Made by a program: the position numbers and the translations under genes | NCBI GenBank assembly: GCA_963725215.1 | Contig: CAVRXQ010000003.1 | Span: 71,352 to 135,351 of the forward strand | Source of the DNA: an uncultured Acidimicrobiaceae bacterium | GTDB taxonomy: Bacteria > Actinomycetota > Acidimicrobiia > Acidimicrobiales > Bog-793 | Length of the DNA: 64,000 bases | Direction of reading: 5' to 3' | Shown: positions 12,601 through 21,140 of the stretch, in pieces | Layout of the letters: every line of letters starts with the position of its first letter | How positions within the stretch are numbered: the stretch's first letter is position 1 | The notes under the pieces: generated by a model | The model's input: only the letters and a program-made list of their open reading frames with translations | What the model was told of the DNA's origin: nothing | Databases searched by the model: none

Positions 12601-13158
12601 GACGTCGACGATCCCGCCGCGCACCGCGACCTCGCCGCGGTGTTCGACTTGGTACTCGCGGCGGTAGCCCGCGGCGACGAGCGACGCGACTAGCTCGTAC
12701 GGATCGAGCTCGCCCTTAGCTCGCACGACGATCGGCGCGGCGTCACTTGGCGTCACGGCGAGCCGTTGCACGAGCGCCTTCACCGGCGCGACGACGATCG
12801 TCGCCCGTGACTTTTCGCGCGCCCGGTCGATCCGCCACAGGGCTTCGAGACGGCGCCCCATCGTCTCCGCCGACGGCGAGACGCGCTCGAAGGGCAGCGT
12901 CTCCCAAGCCGGCAGGTGCGCGAGCCGCTCCTCGTCGACGAAGCACGCGAGATCGTGGCGGAGACGTTCGGCCTCGGAGGCGGTCGGCGTCGCGACGACG
13001 ATCACGGACGGCGAAGAGAGCGAAGCGACGCCGGCGAGGACGTACGCGCGCGCCGAATCCGCGACGGCGAGCGTCGCGTCCTCGGACCCGATCAGCAAGG
13101 AGACCTCGGGCTCGGACGCGAGTGCGGGGAGCAGCGGGGCGAGAACGGGACTCGTCAC
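9652..13158 (-). CDS. mfd: Transcription-repair coupling factor
   Basis: 1168 aa. Carries the CarD-like segment, SF2 helicase motifs ('GDVGFGKTEVA', 'VIDEEQRFGV', 'QLRGRVGR') and a TRG-like region. Confidence 0.97.
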   Translation of the reverse strand: MTSPVLAPLLPALASEPEVSLLIGSEDATLAVADSARAYVLAGVASLSSPSVIVVATPTASEAERLRHDLACFVDEERLAHLPAWETLPFERVSPSAETMGRRLEALWRIDRAREKSRATIVVAPVKALVQRLAVTPSDAAPIVVRAKGELDPYELVASLVAAGYRREYQVEHRGEVAVRGGIVDVFPSTGDDGIRIDCNGDEVERLCSFDVADQRSTADIDSVEIFACRELLADDRRRSRVAELALSAPFARAQFSRIADGEVFDGIESFLPFLDEETILCDLLEGDDRVVLLEPRRMRDRVVELLDEEVALGQSLAETWREDPTRGDAESAEIPRLHAPFERLLARTKARVASVLSLPDSPGQTTLRVSGWPAALGDAEPIARRIGEVLRRRASVVVAASGAGAAARLSDVLEGSGVEVDRDFERADGIDAEVLRRTGVHVVVAALDRGFVMDEIPIAVLAESDLTGRHRPHRVPKARSRPVDGFFDDLAPGDYVVHYVHGVARYAGMVTRGDAGQARDYLLLEYRGGDRVYVPSDQIDFITPYTGGESPTLSRLSGNDWQRQRARARHAVRAVAEELIELYRRRLASEGHAFASDTPWQSELEQAFPYPETPDQLRAITDVKADMERPVPMDRLVCGDVGFGKTEVALRAAFKAVQDGRQVAVLVPTTILARQHFETFSERFAPYPVRVAMLSRFLTPREQAEVIAQVADGSVDVVIGTHRLLGDDVAFRRLGVLVIDEEQRFGVQHKEAVKKLSIGVDVLTLTASPIPRTLEMALTGIRDLSLIDTPPAERQPILTYVGEEDDRAIAEAIRRELLREGQVFFVHNRVRDIERVAAHVRELVPAARIAVAHGQMDEGTLEKTVLDFSEGEYDVLVCTTIIESGIDMPQVNTLVVDRADLLGLGQLHQLRGRVGRSAQRAYAYLLHPVDKALTEQAYERLRTIGEHTELGSGFKIAMRDLEIRGAGSLVGTDQSGHIAAVGYDLYVRMVAEAVAEAKGEVVPEPVEVRLDVPIDANLPTSYVEREDLRLEAYRRLGSVRDEAEVDDISAEWLDRFGPLPKEAEALIDVARLRAECVRVGIREVVVVPHRIGAPGPSRAGEVVARLSPVHLPASAKIRLQRLAPRALVRDDPARLVVPLIAGQAVPSELAQLLRALVPKHDQVAASG

Positions 13159-13721
13159 GACGCGTTCACTTTTTCCATCGCCGCCGGGATTCCCCGGTCA
13201 AAGACCAACTCGGCGGCGTCCGCGGCGAGCTCGATCGCCGAGTGCAATCCTTCCGCCTCGGCAGGCGACGGACGGCGCAACACGTAGTCGGCGCCCGGGA
13301 TGCGACCGGGGGGCTTTCCGATCCCGATGCGGACGCGCACGAAGTCCAACGTGCCGAGGCGCTCAGCGATCGAACGGAGCCCGTTGTGCCCGGCCGTCCC
13401 GCCGCCGCGCTTCACGCGCACCGAGCCGACCGGCAAGTCGAGCTCGTCGTGGACGACGACTAGGCGCTCGAGCTGGGTCACCGAGAAGCGCCTGGTGAGC
13501 TCCACGAGCGCGACGCCGGAGTCGTTCATGTAGGTGACCGGGATCGCCAGCGCTAACAACTTCTGCCCGAAGCGGCGGGCTGAAATAAGGGCGGAGATCC
13601 CGCGCTCGGCGCGAAGCGGCATCGCGTTGCGCTCGGCGACGACCGCCACCGCATCGGCACCCACGTTGTGCCGGGTGTGCGCGAACTCGCGGCCGGGGTT
13701 GCCGAGACCGACGACGAGCAG
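13155..13721 (-). CDS. pth: Peptidyl-tRNA hydrolase, probable CTG start
   Basis: 'HNGLRSI' and 'MNDSGVAL' motifs. The conserved 'LLVVGLGNPGREFAHTRHNVG' lies upstream of the first ATG/GTG/TTG, which is at 13664. Confidence 0.85.
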   Translation of the reverse strand: MLVVGLGNPGREFAHTRHNVGADAVAVVAERNAMPLRAERGISALISARRFGQKLLALAIPVTYMNDSGVALVELTRRFSVTQLERLVVVHDELDLPVGSVRVKRGGGTAGHNGLRSIAERLGTLDFVRVRIGIGKPPGRIPGADYVLRRPSPAEAEGLHSAIELAADAAELVFDRGIPAAMEKVNAS

Positions 13722-13771
13722 GTCGGCAGCGGCTCCGGTGCGCTCGGTGCGCGGGGCGCGAAGCCGCGTCG

Positions 13772-14446
13772 TCAGTTCTCCGAGGATTCTTCCGAGGACG
13801 CTTCGGCCGATTCCGCTCCGCCCTCGGCGGCAGCTTCGCCCTCCGCGACCTCCTCGCCCTCCGCGACTTCCTCTTCCTCTTCCACTTCGACGCGCGCGGC
13901 GTGGCCGGCGACGATCGGCGTGTCTTCGTCGGCGTCGACCGTCACGCCTTCTGGAATATCCGCCGTCCCGAGTCGGATCGTCTCGCCAATTTCGAGTTCG
14001 GAAACGTCGAACTCGATCGAGTGCGGGATGTCTGCGGGCTTCGCGTGGACCCCGAGGGTGAAGACGATCTGTTCGACCGTCCCTCCGCCGCGGTGGACCG
14101 CCACCGCTTCACCGGTCAACACGACGGGCACGTCCGCGGCGACGATCTCGTCGCGACGGACGACGATGAAGTCGACGTGCGAAACGTTCTGGCGTACCGG
14201 GTGGCGCTGGAGCTCTCGGGCCAGCGCGAGGTGGCGCTCGCTTCCGATGCGGAGGTTGATCAGGGCATTCGCACCGGCGTCCGTCGAGAGCGCGGCACGA
14301 AGCTCACGATCGTCGACCGAGACGGGGATCGACGCGACGCCTCGTCCGTAGACGACGGCGGGAACCTTTCCGGACGCGCGCAACCGGCGGCTCGCGGCAG
14401 ATCCGGAGTCGGCGCGCCGTTCAGCGGCGAGGTTGATGTCTGGCAT
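13772..14446 (-). CDS. rplY: 50S ribosomal protein L25 / general stress protein Ctc, with acidic C-terminal tail
   Basis: 'RRLRASGKVPAVVYGRG' N-terminus. Has two-domain Ctc length and an E/A-rich tail. Adjacent to pth. Confidence 0.9.
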   Translation of the reverse strand: MPDINLAAERRADSGSAASRRLRASGKVPAVVYGRGVASIPVSVDDRELRAALSTDAGANALINLRIGSERHLALARELQRHPVRQNVSHVDFIVVRRDEIVAADVPVVLTGEAVAVHRGGGTVEQIVFTLGVHAKPADIPHSIEFDVSELEIGETIRLGTADIPEGVTVDADEDTPIVAGHAARVEVEEEEEVAEGEEVAEGEAAAEGGAESAEASSEESSEN

Positions 14447-14562
14447 CTGCGCGCGCTCCTCGAAGACGTCTCAAAGTGATGCGGTACCGCCACGTCGCAC
14501 CGGGCGGCGCCGCGAAGCTCAAATTCTAGGCCACCGACGAACGTGCGCAGCCAAGGGCTCGA

Positions 14563-16110
14563 CTAAGCGAGCGCCGCTGCAGCCTCCGTGGGCTCTGCAA
14601 CCTCGTGCGGAACTTCGACGAAGTCGGACTCCCGGACGAGGATGAACGACAGCACGGCGCCAGCGAAGGAGGCGACGGCCGCGACGAGCACGATCGTGTT
14701 CAAACCTCCGGCGAAGCTCGCCTTGGTCGCGAGGACGACGGTGCCCCTCAAAGAGGGAGGGGCCGACGAGATGACGTGATTGATCGTCCCGCTCGTGATC
14801 GCCTTCGAGATCGCCCCCGACTTCGCGGCGAGCGCCGTTCCAGCGAGGCGCGAGGAGAGCCCGGAGCGCACCTCGGTGACGAAAATCGTCCCCAAGGTCG
14901 CAACCCCGGTCGCGATCCCCGCCTGGCGCAGCGTCGAGTTGATCCCCGACGCCATCCCGGCGCGCTGGGGGGCGACGACGCCGACGGCGGTCGAAATGAG
15001 GGGGACGTTCACGAGACCAGAGCCGACACCGGCGAGGATCATTCCCACCAAGAGGTGCGTCCACGTCGACTGCGCCGTCAGTCCTCTCATCAACAGCAAG
15101 CCGACGCCGATCACAACGAACCCCGGCGCGATGAGCCACTTGCGCGGGACGTGGCTCGTAAGCCGGCCCGCGATCCCGGCCGTGACAAAGATCGCACCGG
15201 TGAGGGGCAGAAAGCGCACTCCGGTGGCGATCGCAGAGAGTCCCAGGATGTCTTGGAAGTAGATCGTGATGTACGTGAGCAGCGCGAATATTCCACCCGA
15301 GATCGCGAACGCGGCTATGAGACCGCCGTTGAACGTCGGGACTCGCAACAACGACAGGTCGAGCATCGGCTCATTGCTCTTCGCCTCGATGAACCCGAAC
15401 GCGACGAGCGACACCCCCGCGACGACGAGCGAAGAGATGACGAGCGAAGACGACCAGCCGTCGGAGACGGACAGGATCAGCCCGTAAACGAGGGCGACGA
15501 GCGCTAACGAGAAGGAGATGAAGCCTGGCAAGTCGACGCGGCGTGCGTAGGGATTGCGCGACTCGCGTACGCGAATCAGCGTTGCGCCGAGGCAGAACAC
15601 GCCGATCGGCACGTTGAGGAAGAAAATCCACCGCCACGAGAGTCCCGAGGTGAGCGCGCCGCCGAGAACGGGTCCGATCGCCACCGCGACTCCGGTGATC
15701 GCGCCGTAGATGCCGAAGGCGACCCCCCGGTCACGGCCGCGAAAGGCATCCGCCAAGATCGCGAGCGAGGTCGAGAACATGATCGCCCCGCCGACGCCTT
15801 GCGCGGCGCGCGAGAGATTGAGGAACAACGCATTCGTCGCGAACCCGCAGAGGATCGAACAAACCGTGAACCAAACGATCCCGATCGCGAACAGCATCCG
15901 CCTGCCGAAGAGGTCGGCGAGGGATCCGGCGGTCAACAAGAACGCCGCCAGGGTGAGGGCGTACGCGCTGATGACCCATTCGAGGTCCGACAGCGACGCG
16001 TGGAAGTCCCGCTCGATTGACGGCAGCGCGACGTTCACGATCGTGATGTCCAAAAGGAGCATGAACACCCCGGTGCAGACGGCCACGAGAGCCCACCATT
16101 TGTGGTTCAT
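14563..16110 (-). CDS. MFS transporter, DHA2 (EmrB/QacA-like, 14-TMS) drug-efflux type
   Basis: 515 aa and multi-TM. 'LDITIVNVALPSI' and 'GSLADLFGRR' are DHA2 signatures. Confidence 0.85.
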   Translation of the reverse strand: MNHKWWALVAVCTGVFMLLLDITIVNVALPSIERDFHASLSDLEWVISAYALTLAAFLLTAGSLADLFGRRMLFAIGIVWFTVCSILCGFATNALFLNLSRAAQGVGGAIMFSTSLAILADAFRGRDRGVAFGIYGAITGVAVAIGPVLGGALTSGLSWRWIFFLNVPIGVFCLGATLIRVRESRNPYARRVDLPGFISFSLALVALVYGLILSVSDGWSSSLVISSLVVAGVSLVAFGFIEAKSNEPMLDLSLLRVPTFNGGLIAAFAISGGIFALLTYITIYFQDILGLSAIATGVRFLPLTGAIFVTAGIAGRLTSHVPRKWLIAPGFVVIGVGLLLMRGLTAQSTWTHLLVGMILAGVGSGLVNVPLISTAVGVVAPQRAGMASGINSTLRQAGIATGVATLGTIFVTEVRSGLSSRLAGTALAAKSGAISKAITSGTINHVISSAPPSLRGTVVLATKASFAGGLNTIVLVAAVASFAGAVLSFILVRESDFVEVPHEVAEPTEAAAALA

Positions 16111-16140
16111 CTCGTCTCCTTGTCGGGGTCTCGGGGGAAA

Positions 16141-16187
16141 CTGAGTGTACGCTCAGAATTTAGCCATTTCCTGAGTGAACACTCAAG
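16141..16187. promoter_or_regulatory. Two related palindromic operator-like sites in the MFS/TetR divergent promoter region
   Basis: 'CTGAGTGTACGCTCAG' (16141-16156) and 'TGAGTGAACACTCA' (16172-16185). Both are inverted repeats sharing the TGAGTG/CACTCA-type half-site. Confidence 0.6.
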
Positions 16188-16216
16188 GCACCTAAAGCCG
16201 GATTGGAGGTCGATCG

Positions 16217-16858
16217 TTGGGAGGGTATCCGGACCCTGTGACGGGAAAGCGCGGTCGTCCGCCGAGCGGGGCGGACGACGCGATCGTCGTCTCGGCGACC
16301 GAGATCATCGAGCAAGAAGGGCTCTCCCGCCTGACGACGAAAGAGGTCGCCCGGCGCGCCGGGGTGTCTGAGGCGACCGTCTTCTACCACTTCGGCGACA
16401 AGGTGGGACTTCTGCGCGCGGTGATTCTCGCTGGCCTCGCGCCTTTGGAGCGCTTCGATCCATCTCACCTCGCGGACGACTCGGCGGAGCCGCTGTCAGA
16501 GACGATCGCCGAGATCGCGCGGAGCTTCGAGGCGTTCTTCGACCAGACCTTGCCGCTCGTCGAGGCGATTCAGGGCGACGCCGAGGTGCGAGATGCGTTC
16601 GCCGAAGGCCTCGTCGCCCGCGACCTCGGCCCGCATCGCGGCGTGAGGTTCTTCGCTGCGCTGATTGACGCAATGCGCCGGTCCGGTCGGATCGCGGAGG
16701 ACTTCGACGTCGACGCGGTGGCGACGATGCTCGTCGGGGGGTGCTTTTTCCGCGCGTGGGCACGCCACCTCGCGCCGGACCTCTCGGCGCGCTTGCCCGA
16801 TCCCGGCGCCCTCGGGTCCGCGCTCGCCCGCCTCCTCAGCGAGGATCGGACCTCTTAA
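16217..16858 (+). CDS. TetR/AcrR family transcriptional regulator
   Basis: 'LTTKEVARRAGVSEATVFYHFGDK' HTH. TTG start 6 nt after GGAGGT. Divergent from the MFS gene. Confidence 0.9.
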   Translation: MGGYPDPVTGKRGRPPSGADDAIVVSATEIIEQEGLSRLTTKEVARRAGVSEATVFYHFGDKVGLLRAVILAGLAPLERFDPSHLADDSAEPLSETIAEIARSFEAFFDQTLPLVEAIQGDAEVRDAFAEGLVARDLGPHRGVRFFAALIDAMRRSGRIAEDFDVDAVATMLVGGCFFRAWARHLAPDLSARLPDPGALGSALARLLSEDRTS

Positions 16859-16880
16859 GCCGCGTTTCATCGCACTGCGA

Positions 16881-17855
16881 TCAGACGAGGTTCTGGCCAC
16901 CGAAGATGTGGGAGACGGACGTGTCCTCGAAGACGGCGTCGATCGCCGCCGCGATGACCGAAGCCGCGGAGAGCACTTCGATCTTGTCGATCAGTCGTTC
17001 CTGCGGCAACGGAAGCGTGTTCGTCACGATGACCCTGCTGATCAACGCGGCCTTCAAGCGGTCGAGCGCCGGGTCGGACAACACGGCGTGCGTCGCCATC
17101 GCCCACACTTCCGTCGCGCCCACGTTCGTCAGTCGTTCCGCCGCCGCGGCGACGGTTCCAGCCGTATCGATCATGTCGTCGACGATCACGCAATGGCGCC
17201 CTTCGACGACTCCGATCACCTCGCGGGCTTCGACCGCGTTCATGCGCGAGGTTTCGCGACGTTTGTGGACGAATGCGAGGTCCGCGCCGAGCTGTTGCGC
17301 GTAACGCTCGGCAACTTTCACTCGCCCGGCGTCAGGAGAAACGATGACGAGGTCCCCGGTGGTGGTGTTCTTTTTCAGATAGTCACTGAGGATCGTCATT
17401 GCCGTCAGGTGGTCGACGGGGAAGTCGAAAAAGCCCTGGACCTGGCCCGAGTGCAGATCGACGCTCACGACCCGGGTGGCGCCGGCCGCGGTCAACAAGT
17501 CGGCGACAAGCTTCGCTGTGATCGGCTCGCGTCCGGTCGACTTCCGGTCCTGACGGGAGTAGCCGTAGTAGGGGCAGACCGCCGTTATGCGGTTCGCCGA
17601 AGCGCGCTTGGCGGCATCGATCATGATCAGCTGCTCCATGATCGAATCGTTCACGGGGTGCGCGTGCGTTTGGATGATGAAGACGTCCGAGCCTCGGATC
17701 GAGGTGTCGTAACGGCAGTGGATCTGACCATCGGCGAACTCGCGTAGATTCGCCTCGCCGAGCTCGACTCCGAGGTTGTCCGCAATCTCCTGCGCCAGAT
17801 CGGGATGCGCTCGGCCGGAGAACAGCGAAAGCCGCCGATGCGGGACGAGCTCCAT
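16881..17855 (-). CDS. prs: Ribose-phosphate pyrophosphokinase
   Basis: 'LFSGRAHPDLAQEIA', 'YYGYSRQDRK' and 'VDDMIDTAGT' motifs. ATG 17855 lies just after the glmU stop. Confidence 0.95.
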   Translation of the reverse strand: MELVPHRRLSLFSGRAHPDLAQEIADNLGVELGEANLREFADGQIHCRYDTSIRGSDVFIIQTHAHPVNDSIMEQLIMIDAAKRASANRITAVCPYYGYSRQDRKSTGREPITAKLVADLLTAAGATRVVSVDLHSGQVQGFFDFPVDHLTAMTILSDYLKKNTTTGDLVIVSPDAGRVKVAERYAQQLGADLAFVHKRRETSRMNAVEAREVIGVVEGRHCVIVDDMIDTAGTVAAAAERLTNVGATEVWAMATHAVLSDPALDRLKAALISRVIVTNTLPLPQERLIDKIEVLSAASVIAAAIDAVFEDTSVSHIFGGQNLV

Positions 17856-17880
17856 CGTCTTTCCGTCTCCGGTCACGTCG

Positions 17881-19035
17881 TCACCTTTCTTCTCCGGTCT
17901 CCGCCGGCACACCTCTCACGCGCGCGCCCGACGCGACGCGAGTCCCCATCTCCAAGTGTGCGAACGGTCCGACGACGGCATCTTTGCCGATCACCGCCTG
18001 GGTCGCGACGCTCCGTTCCACACGCGCACCGGATCCGACCGCGCAGTCGACGAGATGGCAGTAGGGGCCGATCACCGCACCCGAATCGACTCGCGTCGTG
18101 CCCTCGAGGATCACGCCCGGACCGAGCATCACCTCCTCGGCAAGCTCGACGGAGGCGTCGACGTAGGTGTCCTCCGGGTTCACCATCGTCACGCCCCTTC
18201 TCATCCAGCGCTCGTTGATTCGCGCCCGCACGACGGCTTCAGCCGCCGAGAGCTGGGCGCGATCGTTCACGCCTGCCGCTTCGACCGATTCCGGGGCAGG
18301 CAACGTCGCGATCGTGTACCCCGCCTGTTCGAGCACCGCGATCGCGTCAGTGAGGTAGTACTCGCCGTTCGAGCTCGACGGCGCGATCCGGCGCAACGTC
18401 GGCGCGAGGACGCTGTGTCGAACGCAGTAGATCGACGTCGCCACCTCGTGGATGTCGCGTTCCTCGTCCGTCGCCTCAGCCTCCTCGACGATCCGCTCGA
18501 CATCTCCCGACATCGTTCGCACGATGCGCCCGTATCCCGTTGGGCGATCGAGCACCGTCGTGAGCAGCGTCGCCGCCGCATCGGTCGCTCGGTGGATCCG
18601 CACGAGCGCGGCGAGCGTCGCTGGGCGCACGAGGGGGGTGTCGCCCGGCATGACGACGAGGTCGCCTTCCAAGAGGTCGGCGCCCGACTCGAAGCCGGTC
18701 AGCGCGACAGCCGTCGCGTCTCCGGTCCCGAGCGGCTCGATCTGCTCGACGAACTCGATCCGCAACTCCGACGGCGCGTCCGCCTGGACTGCCTTCACGA
18801 CGTCCGGTGCCCGGAATCCGACGACGACGACGACCCGATCGATCGGCAGCTCGGCCAGGGCATCGAGGACGTGAAGGAGCATCGGTCGCCCGCACAACTT
18901 ATGGAGGGGCTTCGGGATCGAAGAGCGCATCCGGGTCCCCTCTCCGGCGGCGAGGACGATCGCAGAAAGGGGACGGTGCGCCACGCCCCCATATTGCTCC
19001 CCGCCGCAGAGGGAGGGGCCGCATAGACGGATCAT
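17881..19035 (-). CDS. glmU: GlmU-like sugar-1-phosphate nucleotidyltransferase with a shortened left-handed beta-helix domain
   Basis: 'IVLAAGEGTRMRSSIPKPLH' N-terminal signature and hexapeptide repeats from about residue 250. The ORF is at most 384 aa (alternative GTG at 18984) and ends directly before prs. Confidence 0.75.
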   Translation of the reverse strand: MIRLCGPSLCGGEQYGGVAHRPLSAIVLAAGEGTRMRSSIPKPLHKLCGRPMLLHVLDALAELPIDRVVVVVGFRAPDVVKAVQADAPSELRIEFVEQIEPLGTGDATAVALTGFESGADLLEGDLVVMPGDTPLVRPATLAALVRIHRATDAAATLLTTVLDRPTGYGRIVRTMSGDVERIVEEAEATDEERDIHEVATSIYCVRHSVLAPTLRRIAPSSSNGEYYLTDAIAVLEQAGYTIATLPAPESVEAAGVNDRAQLSAAEAVVRARINERWMRRGVTMVNPEDTYVDASVELAEEVMLGPGVILEGTTRVDSGAVIGPYCHLVDCAVGSGARVERSVATQAVIGKDAVVGPFAHLEMGTRVASGARVRGVPAETGEER

Positions 19036-19056
19036 CTAGAAATCAGGGCCCGCGGC

Positions 19057-19093
19057 CCGACCGCCGCGCCCGTGGAACGGGCGCGGCGGTCGG
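19057..19093. other. Perfect 16-bp GC-rich hairpin in the glmU / M20-peptidase divergent spacer
   Basis: 'CCGACCGCCGCGCCCG' - TGGAA - 'CGGGCGCGGCGGTCGG', with no flanking T-tract. Confidence 0.6.
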
Positions 19094-19242
19094 CTGACTG
19101 CATCACGACGTTCGTGGCGGCTTCGAGGCGTCATGCGACGCATCGGTCGTCGCGCCTTCGATACGGTCACGAGGTCTTTGGCGCACAAGATGAGACGATC
19201 GCTCGGCAAACCGGGCGCTTGAGAAGAAGGCGGCACGACGAC

Positions 19243-20676
19243 ATGGCCCAATTGGACGCGACTTCAACGAAAGCCGCGGTCGAGGAGTACTGGGAAAAAG
19301 GCGCGCTCGCCGTCCTCAGTGAGTACGTGACGATCCCCTGTCTTTCGCCCGACTTCGACGAGAACTGGGAGGCCAATCGCGAGATGCAAAAAGCGGCGGC
19401 GCTCTTCGCCGATTGGGCGCGAACTCGCGCGCTGCCGGAGAACACCGTCGAGGTCGTGTCGCTGCCGGGTCGCACGCCGGTTCTCTTGGTCGAGATCGAA
19501 CCGAGTCCGGGAAACGAAGGATCGACCACCCTGATCTACGGCCACCTGGACAAACAGCCTCCCTTAGGGGACTGGAGCGAAGGGCTCTCCCCCTTCACCC
19601 CCGTGCGCAAAGATGACCGGCTATACGGGCGGGGAACGGCGGACGACGGCTACGCCTTCTTCGCCGCGATCGGCGCGATCGAGACGCTCGCCCGAACGGA
19701 GACGCCGCACGGCCGCATCCTCGTGCTAATCGAGTCGAGCGAGGAGTCCGCTAGCGAAGACCTCGACGCGTACTTGGAGTCGTTGGCGCCCCGATTCGGA
19801 GAGCTCGCGTTGATCTGCTGTCTCGACTCGGGCGGCCCGACCTACGACCGGCTGTGGACGACGACGTCGTTGCGCGGACTCGTCGACGGTGTGTTGCGGA
19901 TCGACGTCCTGCGCGAGTCGATCCACTCAGGAATCGGGACCGGCGTCGTGCCGTCGTCATTCCGCGTGCTGCGCCAACTCCTCGACCGCGTCGACGACTC
20001 GACGACGGGCGATGCGCTTTTGCCGGAGTGCTGGGTCGAGATCCCTGCTGTTCGCAAAGCGGAGATCGACGCGCTCGCCACGTCGGGGATGAGCGAGGTC
20101 CTCTCGCTCCCGATCGTCGACGGACTCCGACTCGAATCAGACGACCTCGCGACCCTGATCGAGCGCGGAACATGGCGTGCGGGGCTCGAAGTGACAGGCG
20201 CCGAAGGACTGCCCAAGGTGGCCGAAGCCGGGAACCTCACCCGCGCGCAGACGACCGTGAAGCTCTCGTTACGGATCCCCCCGACAGCCGACGCGGACGC
20301 CGTCGCCGTGGCGCTCGAGCGCGCGCTGACGAGCGATCCCCCTCACGGTGCGCAGATCACCTTCACCCCGGGTCACGCCTCTCGGGGATGGAGCGCACCG
20401 CCGTTCGCCCCGTGGCTCGCAGAGGCCGTCTCCGCCTCCTCGTCGACGTACTTCTCGAACCCCCCTTTCGGGTACGGGGTGGGGGGCTCGATCCCCTTCA
20501 TGGCGGCCCTCGGCCAGAGGCATCCGAACGCGCAGTTCTTTTCGAGCGGTGCTCTCGGCGGCGATTCGAACGCCCACGGGATCGACGAGAGCCTGTACAT
20601 CCCGGCGGCGAAGTCGATCACGGCGTCGATCGCCGAGATCCTCGCCGCGCTCGCCCAGTCTCGAACGAACAGTTAG
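19243..20676 (+). CDS. M20 family metallopeptidase (dipeptidase-like)
   Basis: 'LIYGHLDKQPP' and 'LYGRGTADDGYAFFA' motifs. ATG 19243 chosen inside the over-extended track ORF. Confidence 0.8.
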   Translation: MAQLDATSTKAAVEEYWEKGALAVLSEYVTIPCLSPDFDENWEANREMQKAAALFADWARTRALPENTVEVVSLPGRTPVLLVEIEPSPGNEGSTTLIYGHLDKQPPLGDWSEGLSPFTPVRKDDRLYGRGTADDGYAFFAAIGAIETLARTETPHGRILVLIESSEESASEDLDAYLESLAPRFGELALICCLDSGGPTYDRLWTTTSLRGLVDGVLRIDVLRESIHSGIGTGVVPSSFRVLRQLLDRVDDSTTGDALLPECWVEIPAVRKAEIDALATSGMSEVLSLPIVDGLRLESDDLATLIERGTWRAGLEVTGAEGLPKVAEAGNLTRAQTTVKLSLRIPPTADADAVAVALERALTSDPPHGAQITFTPGHASRGWSAPPFAPWLAEAVSASSSTYFSNPPFGYGVGGSIPFMAALGQRHPNAQFFSSGALGGDSNAHGIDESLYIPAAKSITASIAEILAALAQSRTNS

Positions 20677-20702
20677 GGAAACTAATTTGCTAAGCTAACG
20701 AC

Positions 20703-21140
20703 ATGCCAGCCGCCACGACCGTCCCCGTGAGCGCCTTGGCGAGTGACGTCCGCATCGCCGTCACCCGCTTGTCGCGCCGGCTCCGCCGCGAGAGGGCGGT
20801 CGGGACCCTCACCCCGAGCCAGCTCTCGGTCCTCACGACGCTCGACACGCACGGACCGCTCACCCCGAGCGCGCTCGCCGATCACGAACGGGTCCAGCCG
20901 CCGTCGATGACCCGCATCCTCGGCCGCTTGGAGGAGTTGGGGCTCGTGTCGCGCACCGCCGACCCGGCGGACAAGCGCCAGTACATCGTGGCCCTCACCG
21001 CACAAGGCGTCGCGACGGTCACCGACGAGCGGCGCCGCAAAGACGCCTGGCTCGCCAAGCGAATCGCCGACTTGAGCGAAGAAGAGCGCGCGGCGATCGC
21101 CGCCGCGCTGCCGGTCATCGAGCGCATTGCCGGCGGGTGA
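20703..21140 (+). CDS. MarR family transcriptional regulator
   Basis: Winged-helix 'LTPSQLSVLTTLDTHGPLTPSALADHERVQPPSMTRILGRLEELGLVSRTADPADKR'. Confidence 0.9.
   Translation: MPAATTVPVSALASDVRIAVTRLSRRLRRERAVGTLTPSQLSVLTTLDTHGPLTPSALADHERVQPPSMTRILGRLEELGLVSRTADPADKRQYIVALTAQGVATVTDERRRKDAWLAKRIADLSEEERAAIAAALPVIERIAGG

Noticed and set aside
17776-19026. 416-aa plus-strand ORF
   Set aside because: It lies opposite glmU, and its composition is dominated by Arg, Asp and His runs. No motif was found.
20677-20702. AT-rich 'CTAATTTGCTAAGCTAA' before marR as a MarR box
   Set aside because: It is not a true inverted repeat when checked base by base. It lies in a 26-nt gap after the M20 stop, so it may just be the RBS and spacer region.
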